Shown: positions 25,531 through 39,867 of the stretch, piece by piece
How the letters are laid out: each line of letters opens with the position of its first letter
Position numbering within the stretch: the first letter of the stretch is position 1
Assembly: GCF_001194135.2 (NCBI RefSeq)
Contig: NC_068990.1
Span: forward strand, 59,358,376 to 59,422,375
Direction: 5' to 3'
Length of the DNA: 64,000 nucleotides
Source of the DNA: Octopus bimaculoides
Taxonomy: Eukaryota
Position numbers and translations under genes: made by a program
Notes under the pieces: model-generated
The model's database searches: none
What the model was told of the DNA's origin: nothing
The model's input: only the letters and a program-made list of their open reading frames with translations

Positions 25531-27917
25531 TACATATATACAAACACACATGAGTATTTGGATATGCAACCCTCACACACACACACATGCACCATGACTG
25601 CAAAGATAAATGCACACATACGCACACACAAAGACGAATGCTCCCCAAAGATATTTATAGTTAAGTTATGCTTTAGAAAATCCAAGTCTACTTGTTTGAA
25701 CAGCAAAGTGCCCTAGATAATCAGAAATGTAAGTCAACTTATGTAGACAGTGTCTTCATTGCAGAGCTAATTTCTGTGAAGATGTTAACAAAGAAAATCA
25801 ATAACCAAACAGAATGACAGCCACTTAAAATGGGTGCATTTGACATAACTGAACAAAATCCCAACACCCATGCTCCGAGTAATTATTGACAGCATTGAAT
25901 AAATATAGAGGAAAAATACGAAAATTTGATTAAACAATGTTTCGGAATATGGCTTGATGCTGGTTTTTTTCCATAATAACATCAATTAAATAAGCTCTAT
26001 AGCTACAAACACATCCAGCTAAAATAAAAGCAAACTCTAAAAATAAACAGTAAAAACAATGTTGATGCCTTTCTATGATTCCAAAAAAAGATTTACTTTA
26101 AATTAGTTAATGTTTAATTATATCATTATTGTTATTATTAACTTTAAGAGTAGGCGAAGGAGAGCCACTACTGGGTAAAAGTCTGGCAGACATTGTTTCA
26201 AAAATATAGTAGAGAGTGTGAAAGGGTGGGGGGGGGAGCATAAAATTCTGTCAAGACAAAATTTTTCTTTTTCTTTGAGAAAACAAATTTCCTGATATTG
26301 CCAAGTGTGTTTTGTTTGTTTATTACACAAGTTATGAACGGTATCAGGTGTAAACACAGCTGGAATATAATCATGCAGTATTAGGATTTTAATATTTTGA
26401 TATTAGGTATTGATGTGTAAGGCAGCGGCGAGCTGGCAGAATTGTTAGCATGCTGAGCAAAACACTTAGTGGCATTTCTTCTGTCTGAGTTCAAATTCCA
26501 CGAAGGTTGGCTTTACCTTTCATCATTTCAGGGTCAATAAACTAAGTGCCAGTTGAGCACTGGGGTCAATGTAATCGACTTAGCCCTTCTCCAGAAATTG
26601 CTGTCCTTGTGCCAAAATTTGAAACCAATTTTGCCATGTAAGGCAGTAAGCTGGCAGAATCCTTAGCACACTGGGCAAAATCCTTAACAGCATTTTGTAC
26701 GCTTTTACATTGAGTTCAAATTCTGCCAAGGTTGACTTCACGTTTCATCCTTTCAGGGATCAATAAAATAAATACTTGTAGAGTGCTGGGCTCAGTGTAA
26801 TCGACTAGACGCTCTATAGCTAAGAAGTTCAAATTCGCAACCACAAAGTTCCAGATTTGGTGACACATTAAGCAAGTGCTCTCTACTGTAGTCTCAAGAT
26901 GACCAATGATTAAGAAGAATTTAACAGAAAGAAATTGAGCCAAAGTGTCTATGTCATTAATTCACACCAATTAAAACCAGTGTTGTGTTATGTTGTACCA
27001 AGTTGTGTTCTGTGATGGAGAAAATTTCTCACTGTAGACAGATAGGCGTAAACACACCTAGTCAGTTTGCAGTGCCCTCACCTAAGCGAGAAATTTTCTC
27101 TATGACAAAATATAGTGAATGGCTTTCTTATAGGCTCAAATGTACCTAAAGTATGTTTGAATTGGTAACAAGTTCGAATTTAAACACATCACTGCTTAGT
27201 GCTGTCACCCCATATATATATATGCACAAGCATGGCTAGGTGCAGGTGTGGTTAAGTGGTAAGGAGTTTGCCTGCCAATTACATGGCTCCAAGTTCAGTC
27301 CTGGTGCATGTCACCTTGGGCATCTACTATAGTCCTGGTTTGACCAAAGCCTTGAGTGGATATGGTAGTCAGAAACTGAAAGAAGTTCATCGTATATATC
27401 ATATATATATATATATATATATATAAAGAGAGAGAGAGAGAGAGATGTATATGAGAATGTGTTTGTGTTTCCTTGTCTTGACAATGTGTGATATTTGTAA
27501 ATGTGTGTTAGTCATACAAACTGTCATTTATTTCCAATGTTCTGTAGAAACACATCTGGCTGCAGGGAAATATCACCTTGCATGGAAACAGGTGAGGGTT
27601 AAAGAAGGGCTTCTGGCTGTAGAAAATCTACCTCAAATTCCATCCAACCCATGCAAGCATGAAAAAGCAGACACTAAATAATGATGATGATATATATTAC
27701 ATATATTTAAGTAAATAAATCTCCTTTATCATATTTTAATAGATTTTACATATGCTTTTTCCATGCTGGGCATGGATTGGGCCTGACTTATAGTAATATT
27801 CTACAGATGGATATCCTTCCAAGTCTTTGTATGCCTAACTGCCAAGCTGTAAGATCTAATGTCTATATGGGATGTAAATAATACTGCCCAAATAGTCAAT
27901 AAAAAACACATGCATGT

Positions 27918-28256
27918 AGGTGGTAATAGTAGGAGCACTCCGTCGGTTATGATGACAAAGGTCCCAGCTGATACGATCAACGGAACAACTTGCTTGTGAA
28001 ATTAACGTGCAAGGGGCTGAGCACTACACAGACACATGTACTCTTAACATAGTTCTCAGGGAGATTCAGTGTGACACAAAGTGTGACAAGGCTGGCCCTT
28101 TGAAATACAGGTACTACTCATTTTTGCCAGTTGAGTGGACTGGAGCAACGTGAAATAAAGTGTCTTGCTCAAGGACACAACACATCGCTGGGAATTGAAC
28201 TTATGAACCTACGATCATGAGCTGAATACCCTAACCACTAAGCCACAAGCCTTCAC
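27918..28256 (-). mobile_element. Third tRNA-derived SINE family, near full length
   Basis: Minus-strand head gtgaaggcttgtggcttagtggttaggg (A box) and gagttcaattccc (B box), then tgtgtccttgagcaagacacttta; decayed relative near 11340-11580. Confidence 0.75.
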
Positions 28257-29976
28257 ATGCATGTATACACACATAAACAATGTATGTGTGTGTATGTGAG
28301 AGAGAGAGACTTTCATACAATTTATGTCTTTTATTATTTATTTGTTAGCCATTGGACAGCAGCCATGCTGGGGCATAGCCTTGAAGGGCTTAGTCGGACA
28401 TAAGTAACCCCAGTACATTTTTTCCCCTTCTTCAAGTCTAGTTCTTATTCTCTCAGTCTTTTTTTGCTGAGCCACTAAGTTACAGGGGTGTTAACAAACC
28501 AGCATTGGTTGCCAAGTGGTGGTGGGCAACAAACACAAACACACACACACACACACACATATATGATTGGCTCCTTTCAGTTTCTGTCAACCAAATCCAC
28601 TCACAAGATTTTGGTCAGCCTGGGTCGATAGTAGAAGATGCTCACCCAAAGTGTCATACAATGGAACTGAACCCAGAACCATGTGGTTGGAAAGCAAATT
28701 TCTTACCACACAGTTGAAAGTATCTTGCACTAGCACCAAACTAAGAAACATGGTTGTGAAGCAATATTTTTAGACACACTACTACAAGTGCACTTATTCA
28801 CTTCACCAATATTCAAACTGGCCATATCCAGCCCAAATATTCTACCTGTTTTATGTTTAAAACAGCCAAATTCAGCCTTTCAGACCTATCTTAAAATGTC
28901 ATTCTAAAACTAAACAATCATACTATTGAAATTTCAAAGACACAAGATAATGCATGATTAATTCAAAACAATGTAAATAATCATTACATTTGGTGCAGTA
29001 ATCTGAATGCTAAAAGGGTGGACTGTGTTAACAAATCTGAAGCACAGCATGGAATCTATTTTCTTTCCATTTAACCACACAACTGTTAGCTAATAGACAA
29101 GTAAAATTTCCAACATGTTAAATGCTTCCTAATATTTGATGTCTAAAAAGTGAAGGAGAAAAATTTCAGTCAAGAACGGTAATGGGACAGCAATGTCTTG
29201 TGAAACACACAAGGAAAGAATGGACCATTCCTTAACGCAAGAATGACAGTAGGAATAAACCTGAAAACAAGCTGAACAAGCTTCCTACAGATCTGCTGTT
29301 TCAATCCAAGAGACTGGTTTCTCTTCAGATATTGTTTTGCTGTTACCAATGTATTAAAGTTTGTACACAAAAATATGTTTCTCATGGTTGATTGTATGCA
29401 AGCAATGCAACTAGCCTGCATAAACAAATCTCTAACAAGGGTTCAATTAAATATATCTAAAGAAGCATTATAATTAAACTTTACATTCTTAATTAGTTAA
29501 GAGTCTCATAAGAGGATTAACAAATTTTTTTTTTCTAATTAACAATGTCTTTTATCTTATATGTTTTACTTGTTTCAGTTATTAGACAGTGGCCATGCTG
29601 GGGCATCGCCTCAAAGAATTTTAGTTGAATGAATTGACCCCAGTACTTTTTTTTTAAACCTAGTACTTATTCTATCAATCTCTTTTGCTGAACTGCAAGG
29701 TTACAGGGATGTAAACACACCAACACTAGTCATCAAGTGGTGTGGGGGAGAAACACACACACATACATACATACAAAGGGTTTCTTTCAGTTTCTGCTTA
29801 TGAAATCCACTCACAAGGATTTGGTCAGCCAGGGCCTATATTAGGAGACACTTACCCAAGGTGCCATGAGTGGAACTGAACCTGGAACCATGTGGTTGAG
29901 AAGCAACATTCTTACCACACAGGTACGACATTTTTCTTTTAATGAATACTGAATATGTAGTTATGTAAAAGTGCAT

Positions 29977-30022
29977 GAGAGAGAGAGAGAGAGGGAGAGA
30001 GAGAGAAAGAGAGAGGGAGAGC

Positions 30023-30062
<40 letters not shown>

Positions 30063-30091
30063 AAGAGAGAGAGAGAAAGAGAGAGAGAGAG
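29977..30091 (+). repeat. Compound (GA)n microsatellite
   Basis: Interrupted GA run; source of the ERERE and SLSLS ORFs. Numerous other (TA)n and (CA)n tracts occur, e.g. 9408-9482, 15620-15688, 25478-25527. Confidence 0.95.
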
Positions 30092-31601
30092 ATTACAAGG
30101 CTCATTTTGCAAACTATTTCTTGAGACACAATGGACCAGTATGTCGAAAACAATTTTGAATAGCGAATACAAAATAAATATTCAGTAGTTAAGATATAAT
30201 TAGCCATTAAAAAAAAAGTCAGCTACTGTTAATATGCATGAAGCTAATTAAAAAGGGGTCATGAGTAGATACATATGGCTAATTAGCATACATTTAACCT
30301 GACTGCACAAATATATCCACTGGCTCCTATGGCTAACTACTTAACTGGTTAAGTTAGCATATGTTGCTCTCTCTCTCTCTCTCTTTCTCTCTTTTGTTTA
30401 TTCCTACATCAGGCAGGTAAATTAAACGATGTACCTTACTGAGAAGTAGAATACAATGCATAAATTTTCAAATATAGCTGGCTATGACAGTAACATAAGA
30501 AGGGTACATTAGATTGTATCGTTTTTTTTTTAATATTGTATTTTCAAAGATAACTACTTTTAATCTAAGTACAATGAAAGATTTAGTGCTTGAAGTAAAC
30601 AGGCATATTTCCAAGTTCAGTCTCCCACTGTGTGGCACCTCAAGCAAGTGTTCTACAATCCCCTCAGGCCAACCAAAGCTTTCTGAGTGGATTTGGTAGA
30701 CTGAAACTGAAAGAAGCCTGTTGTGTGTGAGTGTGCATGATTTTGTGTGTCTGTGCTTGTCTCTCCACCACTGCTTGACAACCGGTGTTGGTGTATTTGC
30801 ATTCTCGTAACTTGGTGATTCAGCAAAGGAGAACAATAGAATGGGTACCAGGCTTAAAAAAAGAAGTACTGAGGTCAATTCATTCAACTAAAAATTCAAG
30901 GCAGTGCCCCAGCATGGCCGCAGTCTAATGACTGAAACAATTAAAAAAACAAAAGACATTAGATTATGAGTGACTTTGTATGTGCTATATGTAAGCTACA
31001 ATGTGAAGAAGGGTATATAACCAGACATGTGCAATGGTTTGTGTACTGGCAGAGATATAAAAGCAAAGTCGAGGAATAAAATTAGCAAAGGGGGTGGAGC
31101 TAGAAACCACTGTGGTTAGAAGCATGCTGTCTAGGATGGCAGTTGGTAGTGGTGAGAGTTAAAGGATTAGCAGATGAATGGAACAACCAGTTCTAATGAA
31201 AACAAACTTCAAGACAGCTGAAGCAATTGTAATTGTAACTTCAATAGTCATGTCAGGAAACAAACTTTTGAGCATGAAAGCCTTGGCCTTTATGAAACAA
31301 AAAGCAAAAAAAGATAACCAATGCTGTTGTAGTTTTGAGATACTAGTAGCTTCATTTAATATAACAGCCTTACTAAAGCAAGCAACCAATTGTAGATAAT
31401 CAGATTGGGCTAGACTCTACATTAACTTTATTTTGACAAGTCATTTATATTCTGTCAGGCATGGCTGTGAGGTAAGAAGCCTGCTTCTCAACCACATGGT
31501 TCTGGGTTCAGTCCCGCTGCATGACACCTTAGGCAAGTGTCTTCTACCAAAGTGTCGGGTCAACCAAAGCCTTGTGAGTAGATTTGGTAGATAGAAACTG
31601 A

Positions 31602-31832
31602 AAGGCGGCGAGCTGGCAGAAACATTAGCACGCTGGGTGAAATGCTTAGCCGTATTTCGTCTGCCGTTACGTTCTGAGTTCAAATTCTGCTTAGGTCAAC
31701 TTTGCCTTTCATCCTTTCGGGGTCGATAAATTAAGTACCAGTTACGCACTGGGGTCGATGTAATCAACTTAATCCCTTTGTCTGTCCTTGTTTGTCCCCT
31801 CTGTTTAGCCCCTTGTGGGCAATAAAGAAATA
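31602..31832 (+). mobile_element. Young copy of second SINE family (B) inserted into a family-A SINE
   Basis: aaggcggcgagctggcagaaac...ggggtcgataaattaagtacc...gggcaataaagaaat, flanked by 12-bp duplication agaaactgaaag (31593-31604 and 31833-31844). Other B copies at 1-128, about 8755-8970, 26423-26800 and 13730-14590. Confidence 0.9.
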
Positions 31833-33766
31833 AGAAACTGAAAGAAGCCCATCATGTGAGTGTGTGTGTGTGTGTGTGTGTGTCTTTATGTCTGTTTGTT
31901 CCCCACCACTGCTTGACAACCGGTTTTGGTGTGTTTGCACCCCTGTAACTTTAGTAGTTCAGCAAAAGATACCAAAGCAAAATAAGTACTGGGTTGATTC
32001 ATTCAACTAAACTTTCTTCAAGGCAATATTCCAGCAGAGCCACTGTCTAATGACTGAAACAAATGAAAGATACTACAAATTCACTACTTCTAAAAGGATA
32101 TAGAAATAACAAGAGCTGAGGGAAAAGAAAAGAAAAGCCATTTATAAGAAAACTTTTAGCCAAGAGGAATGCAATGAAGTTAAAAGCTGCATCAGTAAGG
32201 GCAGCTTCAACACAAACCATGTTAACGTCTATGAAATAGAGAGAAATAGAAATCTCGTGTGAAACACAATTCAACAAACAGAAGAAACAACTAATTGCAA
32301 AATACAATTTAAGGAGAGGTTTATCTATGTAAAAGGCAAGATGATAGTGGAACAACACTATACATCAACTATTAAGAGACAACAGACTGAGAAAAAGAGG
32401 TATTATCAGAAAACATTACTCAGACACCAGACAGGAAAATGGCTTATCACAAACGAGTTATCTAGATTCAATAAGTAACTTCTATGCATTAGAACCAAAG
32501 ATTTTGGCACAATTCTGCAAAGAATTTTTTGTTCTTGCTTCACCCCAGATTAGTCCTGAATGAACAGATTTTATGAAAAAAAAAACAGAAAACACCCAGT
32601 CTTTTTTTTATTAGGCTAAATTATTGAATGCCTTCTTTTGAAGATAGTGAGATGTAATTTATGGAAGATGTGGCAGCGATTTTTAGCAAATGAAACAGTT
32701 GTATATAGGTGTGTTTACTATCTTAAATTGCAAGTAATACCTAGTAACTGTTTTTAGTAGATCAATTTAGCTTTAGATAAATTATCGACTTCCTTTTTAG
32801 AGCACTCTTTACAGAGCAATGACTTGATTTTGGTGACTAATCACATACTTTGGTCAATGAATTTGCACATGGTTCCAGGTTTGGTCATATATTAGTCAAA
32901 CAAAAGAACTTTACTGTAATATAAGTAACAAGAAGGTACTTGGAGGGGTTGGCATTAGGAAGGGCATCCAGCTGTAGAAACCATGACAAATCAGACTGAA
33001 ACCTGTTGCAGCTCCCCAGCTTACCAGTTTCCAGTCAAACTGTTCAACCCATGCCAGCATGGAAAACAGATGTTAAATGATGATGATGAACTGTTAAAAG
33101 TCCTTGTCCAACCAATCTATAGTCAAAGATGTTCTAGATCTCTCTTTTATTTAATCAAAGACGTATGTATTCTCTCTTTTATTTAAGCATATCTCTAGAA
33201 TTCAATCTGCTCTTTCTTCTTTAAGACAGTAGAATGTAATTTAAGGGAGATTTAGCTGCTATTTCCAGCAGGTTACTGCATTGGCTCAGCAAGTGCTAGG
33301 CTCTTGACTATATAGTAAAAATAAAACTTCATGTTACCCTTTCGTATTACTCTTGTGCAAAGCTAATAATTCTGTTTAAATCAGCCAGTCTAGCCGTAAA
33401 AAAAAACCCAGACCATGTGTGTTTGTAGCTCAATTGTTAGTGATAGAAAGAGCAACCGCTCCTAACTGGAAATATATTGTCCAAATTAGCAAATGTTCAC
33501 ATGAGAAATTAGAAGTAAAAATATTGGTTTCAAATTTTGGCACAAGTAGCCAGCAATTTTAGTGGGTGGATAAGTTGATTACATGGATCTCAGTTTTCAA
33601 CTTGAACTTATTTTACCAAACCTGAAAGGATGAAAGCAAAGTGAACCTTGGGGAAAATTCGAATTCGGAACATAAGAGATGGAAAAAAAATTCAGTAGGC
33701 ATTTTGTCCAGGGCTCAAATGATTAAAGGACATTATTGTTAAAGGGACACAGAATAGTTAGAATGG

Positions 33767-33979
33767 TTAACTCTTTAGCATTTAAACTGACCGTATCTGG
33801 CCCAAATATTCTACCCATTTTATGTTTAAACTGGCCAGATCTGACTTCTGACAATTCTAGAAACAAAGAATCACATCATCGAAATCTCAGTGCTACAAGA
33901 TAAAGCATGATTAATTCAAAACAACATGAATAAATAAAGCATTACAGCTGACAACGTAATCTGAATGCTGAAGGGTTAA
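33767..33979. mobile_element. piggyBac-like MITE
   Basis: ttaactctttagcatt...aatgctgaagggttaa; TTAA at both ends. Confidence 0.75.
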
Positions 33980-34421
33980 GAAACGTTCCTGTGAGAAATT
34001 TTGCTTCAAAACACTAAACAAATAAACAGAATGTTTCCTTGGTTCTAAGAATGGAAAGAACATATCAACTGCTTTGTCTAATTTATTTTTCATCGTTAAT
34101 TTTATTAAATTCTAAATACGAACATGGCTATAATTTATTTTTTAAAAAAAACCCTTTTATTAATTACTTTCTTATTCAGAAGAAACTCTGAATATCCTTT
34201 GCACAAGTTTTGGCTTAGAACCAAGAAATGATTTAAACACCAACATTACTAAAAGATACAGGATAATAATGCAAGAAATTTCATTTCTGCTGTATGAGTC
34301 ACAGAAATTAACTAGACATCATATAAGAAGCATTGATTGATGGTGGTCAGATGAAAGTTTTGGACTAAATCTAATGTACATTCATCCAGCTGAATGAAAA
34401 TACATGGAAGAACCATATATT

Positions 34422-34481
<60 letters not shown>

Positions 34482-35624
34482 CCCACACACAAAAGCTAGC
34501 CTAAAATACAGATGGAAAAAAAACTAGTTTTCTATTTTAGGAAAATTTATGTAATATTTTCTGTAGCATATGACAGCAATCTGGCAAACTGAAAAAAAGT
34601 ACTAGATTAAAAATGTCTGATTTCAAATGCAATGGCAGTCTAACTAGATTTATATTCCAATGTGGGTAATAAAATATATTGCAGTAATACATTGGGGATT
34701 GGCTCTACTGGCTGTATCTCTTCCACTGCAAAAATTGGCACTTTACTAAGTTCAAAGAAATCAATGAACAGAGTGAAACAAATGGAAAATAAAGCATAGG
34801 GGAGAGGATTCAACATACAAAAGGAATGATTTGAAAACAAATAACATCTCATTCTATCTATACCAGCATGAAAGAAAAAGGGTTTATAAGGTAAATTAAA
34901 TGGCTTATAAAGTAAATTGTTGGATGTGTGTGTGTATGAGTATGTATGTATGTATGTATCCAACATGGTTGACAGAAAGTGTAGGAAACCCATTTGTGTG
35001 TGTGTTTGTCCCCCACAACCACTTGACACCTAATGGTGTGTTTACCTCCCCATAACTTAGTGGTTTGGTAAAAGAGATTGATAGAGTAAGTACAGGGTTT
35101 TAAAAAAATCAAGTACTGGAGTTGATTCATTTGACAAAAAGTTCAAGGTGGTGCCCCAGCATGGCCACAGTCTAATAATTGAAAGAAATCCAAGATAAAA
35201 GATATAAATATGCACGCACATATGCACACACACACAAACATATAAGGTGGTGGATCTTTGTTGCTTGATGATGAGGATTCAGTTGTTCAATCAACCAGAT
35301 ATGATGCTTTTGAATTAACATGTAAGTGGCAGAGCATCCTACAGACACAGATGCATGTACCCTTAACATAATTCTCAGGTGGAATTAGGGTGGCCCAGTG
35401 TGTGAAGAGACTATCATTTCGATTACACAAACAGTTCATCTGATAGGCTTCTATACAATTTCCTGCATCTATTACACACAAACACACACATATATATGGC
35501 TGTGCGGTTAAGAAGTTTGCTTTCCAAATAAAAAGGGTTTTAAGTTCAACCCCATTGCATAGCACCTTGGGCTTACCAAAGACTGGTGAGTGAAAGTGGA
35601 AGATAGAAACCAAAAGAAGCTTGT

Positions 35625-35666
<42 letters not shown>

Positions 35667-37143
35667 CGTGTGTACATAAATGAGGTGTGTGTGTGTGTAA
35701 ACACACATGCTACCACACACCGACCATCTTCACACTCTCCTGTCCCAGAAAGCACTTTCTCTTCCTCCAACTTCCAATTACTTCAGAAATGTAACCGCAC
35801 GTGGACTGTTGGCAATTTTTCCACCTTCCTTCTTTCCCTTTGGACTTTTCTGTTTTTCCTGTTTCCAACAAAGAACTATGCTCAAAACNNNNNNNNNNNN
35901 NNNNNNNNNNNNNNNNNNNNNNNNNNNNNNNNNNNNNNNNNNNNNNNNNNNNNNNNNNNNNNNNNNNNNNNNNNNNNNNNNNNNNNNNNNNNNNNNNNNN
36001 NNNNNNNNNNNNNNNNNNNNNNNNNNNNNNNNNNNNNNNNNNNNNNNNNNNNNNNNNNNNNNNNNNNNNNNNNNNNNNNNNNNNNNNNNNNNNNNNNNNN
36101 NNNNNNNNNNNNNNNNNNNNNNNNNNNNNNNNNNNNNNNNNNNNNNNNNNNNNNNNNNNNNNNNNNNNNNNNNNNNNNNNNNNNNNNNNNNNNNNTATAT
36201 GTGTGTGTGTGTGTGTATACACACACACACAATTTTTTTATTAAGCTGCAAAAACATCACATGATGTTTTTGCAGCTTTGAAAAAAAGTATATTACTCTA
36301 CCTTTGGTATTTGAGTACTATTTTTTTCCACCCTGTTTTGCATTTATGTATTTACTTGTGTGTGTACACACACACATATAATACAAGTATATGTGTAGGG
36401 ACGGTGTTTCTTTTTCCTTGTCTTGTCATCAAAAGATAGTTATAAATAAGTGTCATTGTCATACAAGCTGTGTTGTTTGTTTGCAATCTTTCAAGAAAAC
36501 CTGTTCAGCTATGGAGAGATATCACCTTGCTTGGAAACAGGTGGACGTTGATAACAAGGTCATCCGGCCACAGAAAACGTGCCTCAACGCATTCCCTCTG
36601 ATCCATGTAAGTATGAAAATCATCAACATTCAACATCTGTTTTTTCCATGCTGGCATGGAATGGACGATTTGACAGGAGCTGGTAAGGCCGAGAGCCATA
36701 CCAGGCCCTTATCTGTTTTGGCATGGTTTCTACACCTGAATGCCCTTCCTAATGCCAACCACTTTACAGGGAGTACTGGGTACTTTTTACATGGCATCAG
36801 CACCAATGCTTTTTACATGGCACTGGGTGTTAAAACAATATCTAAACACACACACATATATACACATAAACATACTTATACATATATTAACACACATATA
36901 TATGTAGACATACATATGTACACATACATACATACACACACATGCATGATTTAGACCTCCCCCATAACTAGGAGAGAGGAGAAGAGCACAACTCATGCAT
37001 TGTAGTAGCAAGAAGTAACACAACAAGTTATTAAATTCAGCACATCATATCAAAAACTTCTGGCAAATACTTGCATCACAGTTGACTTCACTACAGTTAC
37101 AAAAGGACTATGTGCTACTCTTAAACCAGACAATGGACTAAAT

Positions 37144-37476
37144 CAGTGGTTCTCAATCAGGGTCCATATATGATTTTTTGGGTGGGTCCACATAACAAAA
37201 TAATAAATTGGGGATCCACAATAGTATTGTAAGGACCCCTGAAAAAATTTTGTTTTAGATGTGTATATTGGTTTGTATTGCAAGAAACTGCTAGGTTTCT
37301 TTCTCTAACATTATACTTAGTTCAATCTAAACAAGTTAATGTGTGAAAAACAAAATAGGAATTTTGTAAGAAGTTTCAATAAAACTAGTTTTTAAACACT
37401 GAATGGCTATAGGGATCCACCAGAATAAAATAGTAATCAAAGGGATCTATAAATAAAAAATGGTAGAGAACCCCTG
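37144..37476. mobile_element. hAT-type MITE (same family, opposite orientation, longer variant)
   Basis: cagtggttctcaa...agagaacccctg; 8-bp TSD gactaaat / ggctaaat. Confidence 0.85.
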
Positions 37477-38726
37477 GGCTAAATAGACAACTTGAGATTA
37501 AGTACAGTCTATCTAAAGGATTTCCATACCGTTTCCATCCATTGAAATTCATTCACAAGGCTTGGGTCAACTTGAAGAATATGGTAGAAGGCAATTGGCA
37601 GAGATATTTTACTGTGAAATTGAACCTAGATGTAATTATTTTTTATCTTTTACTTGTTTCAGTCATTAGAATGAGGCCATGCTGGGACACTGCCTTGAGG
37701 AATTTTAATTAATGAATCAATCCCACTACTTATTTTTTTTTTTTTAAACCTGGTACTTTTGATCTGTTGCCAAACTAAGAGGAACATAAACACACCAACA
37801 CTGGTTTTCAAGTGGTGGTAGGGGACAAACACATACACAACAGGCCTCTTTCAGTTTCTGTCTACCAAATTCACTCACAAGGTCTTGGTCAACCCAAGGC
37901 TATAGCAGAAAACACTTGCCCAAGGTGCCATGCGGTGGGACTGAACCCGGAACTATGTGGTTGGGAAACAAACTTCTCACCTCAGAGCCATGCCTACAGA
38001 ATGATTTTCTTAACACTCCATCAGGAAGATCATTCTTTCAAATAACAAGAATGGTTCTTGAAACCAAAAGTGAAAAGATAAAGAGTCAGCATAGAAAAAT
38101 GCAGAACAGTTCCATCTTTCTATCTTCTTATGTTTAATACAACAAAGTTAAGCCTTTCCTCCTCGAAGTGAGTACTCTGTGTTACATACATGGGTTGGTT
38201 ACAACAACTATATTGTCATCTCACCACAAATTCACAGCTCATATCAATGTGAAGAGAAATCAATATTAAAACAGATAGAAGAATAACATTACCTGTTTAT
38301 TTAATATTAACAGAGCTTGTTTAAAATATGAGAAACATATAAATAAATAACATTTTTCTTTATGTTTATGAATTTGTTTTGCAAGATTCCTGGACTAAAC
38401 AAGACAGGAAAAAATATGTGAATGGAAGACTTGCTGAAAAGGTCACAGATGTGTGATGAAAGATTTCCAAACAATGGACATAAGATAAAATAAGAACAAT
38501 AATAAATGAGTGAAGAACAAATACTGTAAATCCTCAAGTATAATCTGCACTTTTTTCCCAAAATTTAATGGTCAAAATTTCTCGTGCATACTATATACAA
38601 AGTTAAAAATGAANNNNNNNNNNTGAATGGAAGACTTGCTGAAAAGGTCACAGATGTGTGATGAAAGATTTCCAAACAATGGACATAAGATAAAATAAGA
38701 ACAATAATAAATGAGTGAAGAACAAA

Positions 38727-39156
38727 TACTGTAAATCCTCAAGTATAATCTGCACTTTTTTCCCAAAATTTAATGGTCAAAATTTCTCGTGCATACTATA
38801 TACAAAGTTAAAAATGAAAAATATTTTCTAAGCAAAATTTTCTAAATGATAAATATGTAAAGGCAATTTACTTAATATTTATTTTTCACTGACATTATTA
38901 CTGTTATTTCTTTATTTTCTGCAAACAAAGTGCACAAAAAAGCTATACATTTGCATTATATTATATGTACAATAACAATAAAGGACGTTACCGTATATAC
39001 GTTTACATACCAAGGACATTATATAGACCTCTTTGACTTCAAGTTAGAGAAGGGGTACGTATTATACACAAGGTTTAGGTTTATCAGAGATGCAGCTCCC
39101 TAAAAATCCCCTGCATATTATATTCAAGGGCGGACTATACTTGAGGATTTACGGTA
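38727..39156. mobile_element. Tc1/mariner (pogo/Tigger-like) MITE with TA flanks
   Basis: TA-ctgtaaatcctcaagtataatctgc versus gcggactatacttgaggatttacgg-TA inverted termini. Confidence 0.75.
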
Positions 39157-39242
39157 TATAGTGTGTTGATTTGACAAAAAAGAAGTAAGGAATGACTATC
39201 CCAATATATAACAATAACATTTTTTTCGTTTTTCTTCTAAAA

Positions 39243-39503
39243 CAGTGTTTCTCAACAATTTTTTTTTTACTTACGGACCCCTTTCATTCCTATTTTACTC
39301 GGATGGACTATTCTAGCCATTTGATATTTTAAAAAAAAATCATATATTTTTATAATTAAATATTATTAGGAATTGTTTAAAAAAAAATTAAAATATCTTG
39401 TGTATTGTAGAAGTATAAACAATTCATATCTCATAAATTTTAACAAAATCTTATACGGACCCCCCAGGGATCATATGGACCCTGGTCGAGAACCAAACCA
39501 CTG
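39243..39503. mobile_element. hAT-type MITE
   Basis: cagtgtttctcaac...ccactg; 8-bp TSD ttctaaaa / ttctcaaa; body colinear with the 22395 copy. Confidence 0.85.
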
Positions 39504-39867
39504 TTCTCAAACAATGGCAGTTAACATGTCAGTTCTATGACTTGATTTCTGTAAACTAAATTTACAAAATAATAAGTAGTAGAATTAGAATTAAAATTAT
39601 TCGACATCACTGATTAAAATTTTTTTTCTTTTCTCTTTTTTTTTTTGTCTTGAAGTGGAGTTGAAACGAAAAATGAGATAAGTGTTGACAAATAAAAGAC
39701 TCATGCTGCTACTTGCTTCAAGTCAAACATTCATTAAAACTGGAACTTCTTAAAAGATTATGTATCACAGTAACCTCATGATGATGAACACAGTAACAAA
39801 ACAGACAACAATGAAGAAAAGAAAAAAAAATATACAAAAATACAGACTAGCCACATTGCCATCAATA

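Noticed and set aside
27918-28256. tRNA-like A/B boxes as tRNA genes (also SINE-A and SINE-B heads)
   Set aside because: They continue into SINE bodies and do not close a cloverleaf.
29312-29328. Minus-strand CTGAAGA-GAAAC-CA-GTC
   Set aside because: No stem II and no stem I pairing; chance match to the hammerhead core.
38419-38818. Identical 195-bp direct repeat (38419-38613 and 38624-38818)
   Set aside because: The copies are identical and flank a 10-N gap, typical of unmerged contig overlap; the twin ORFs 38307-38561 and 38572-38766 share this artefact.
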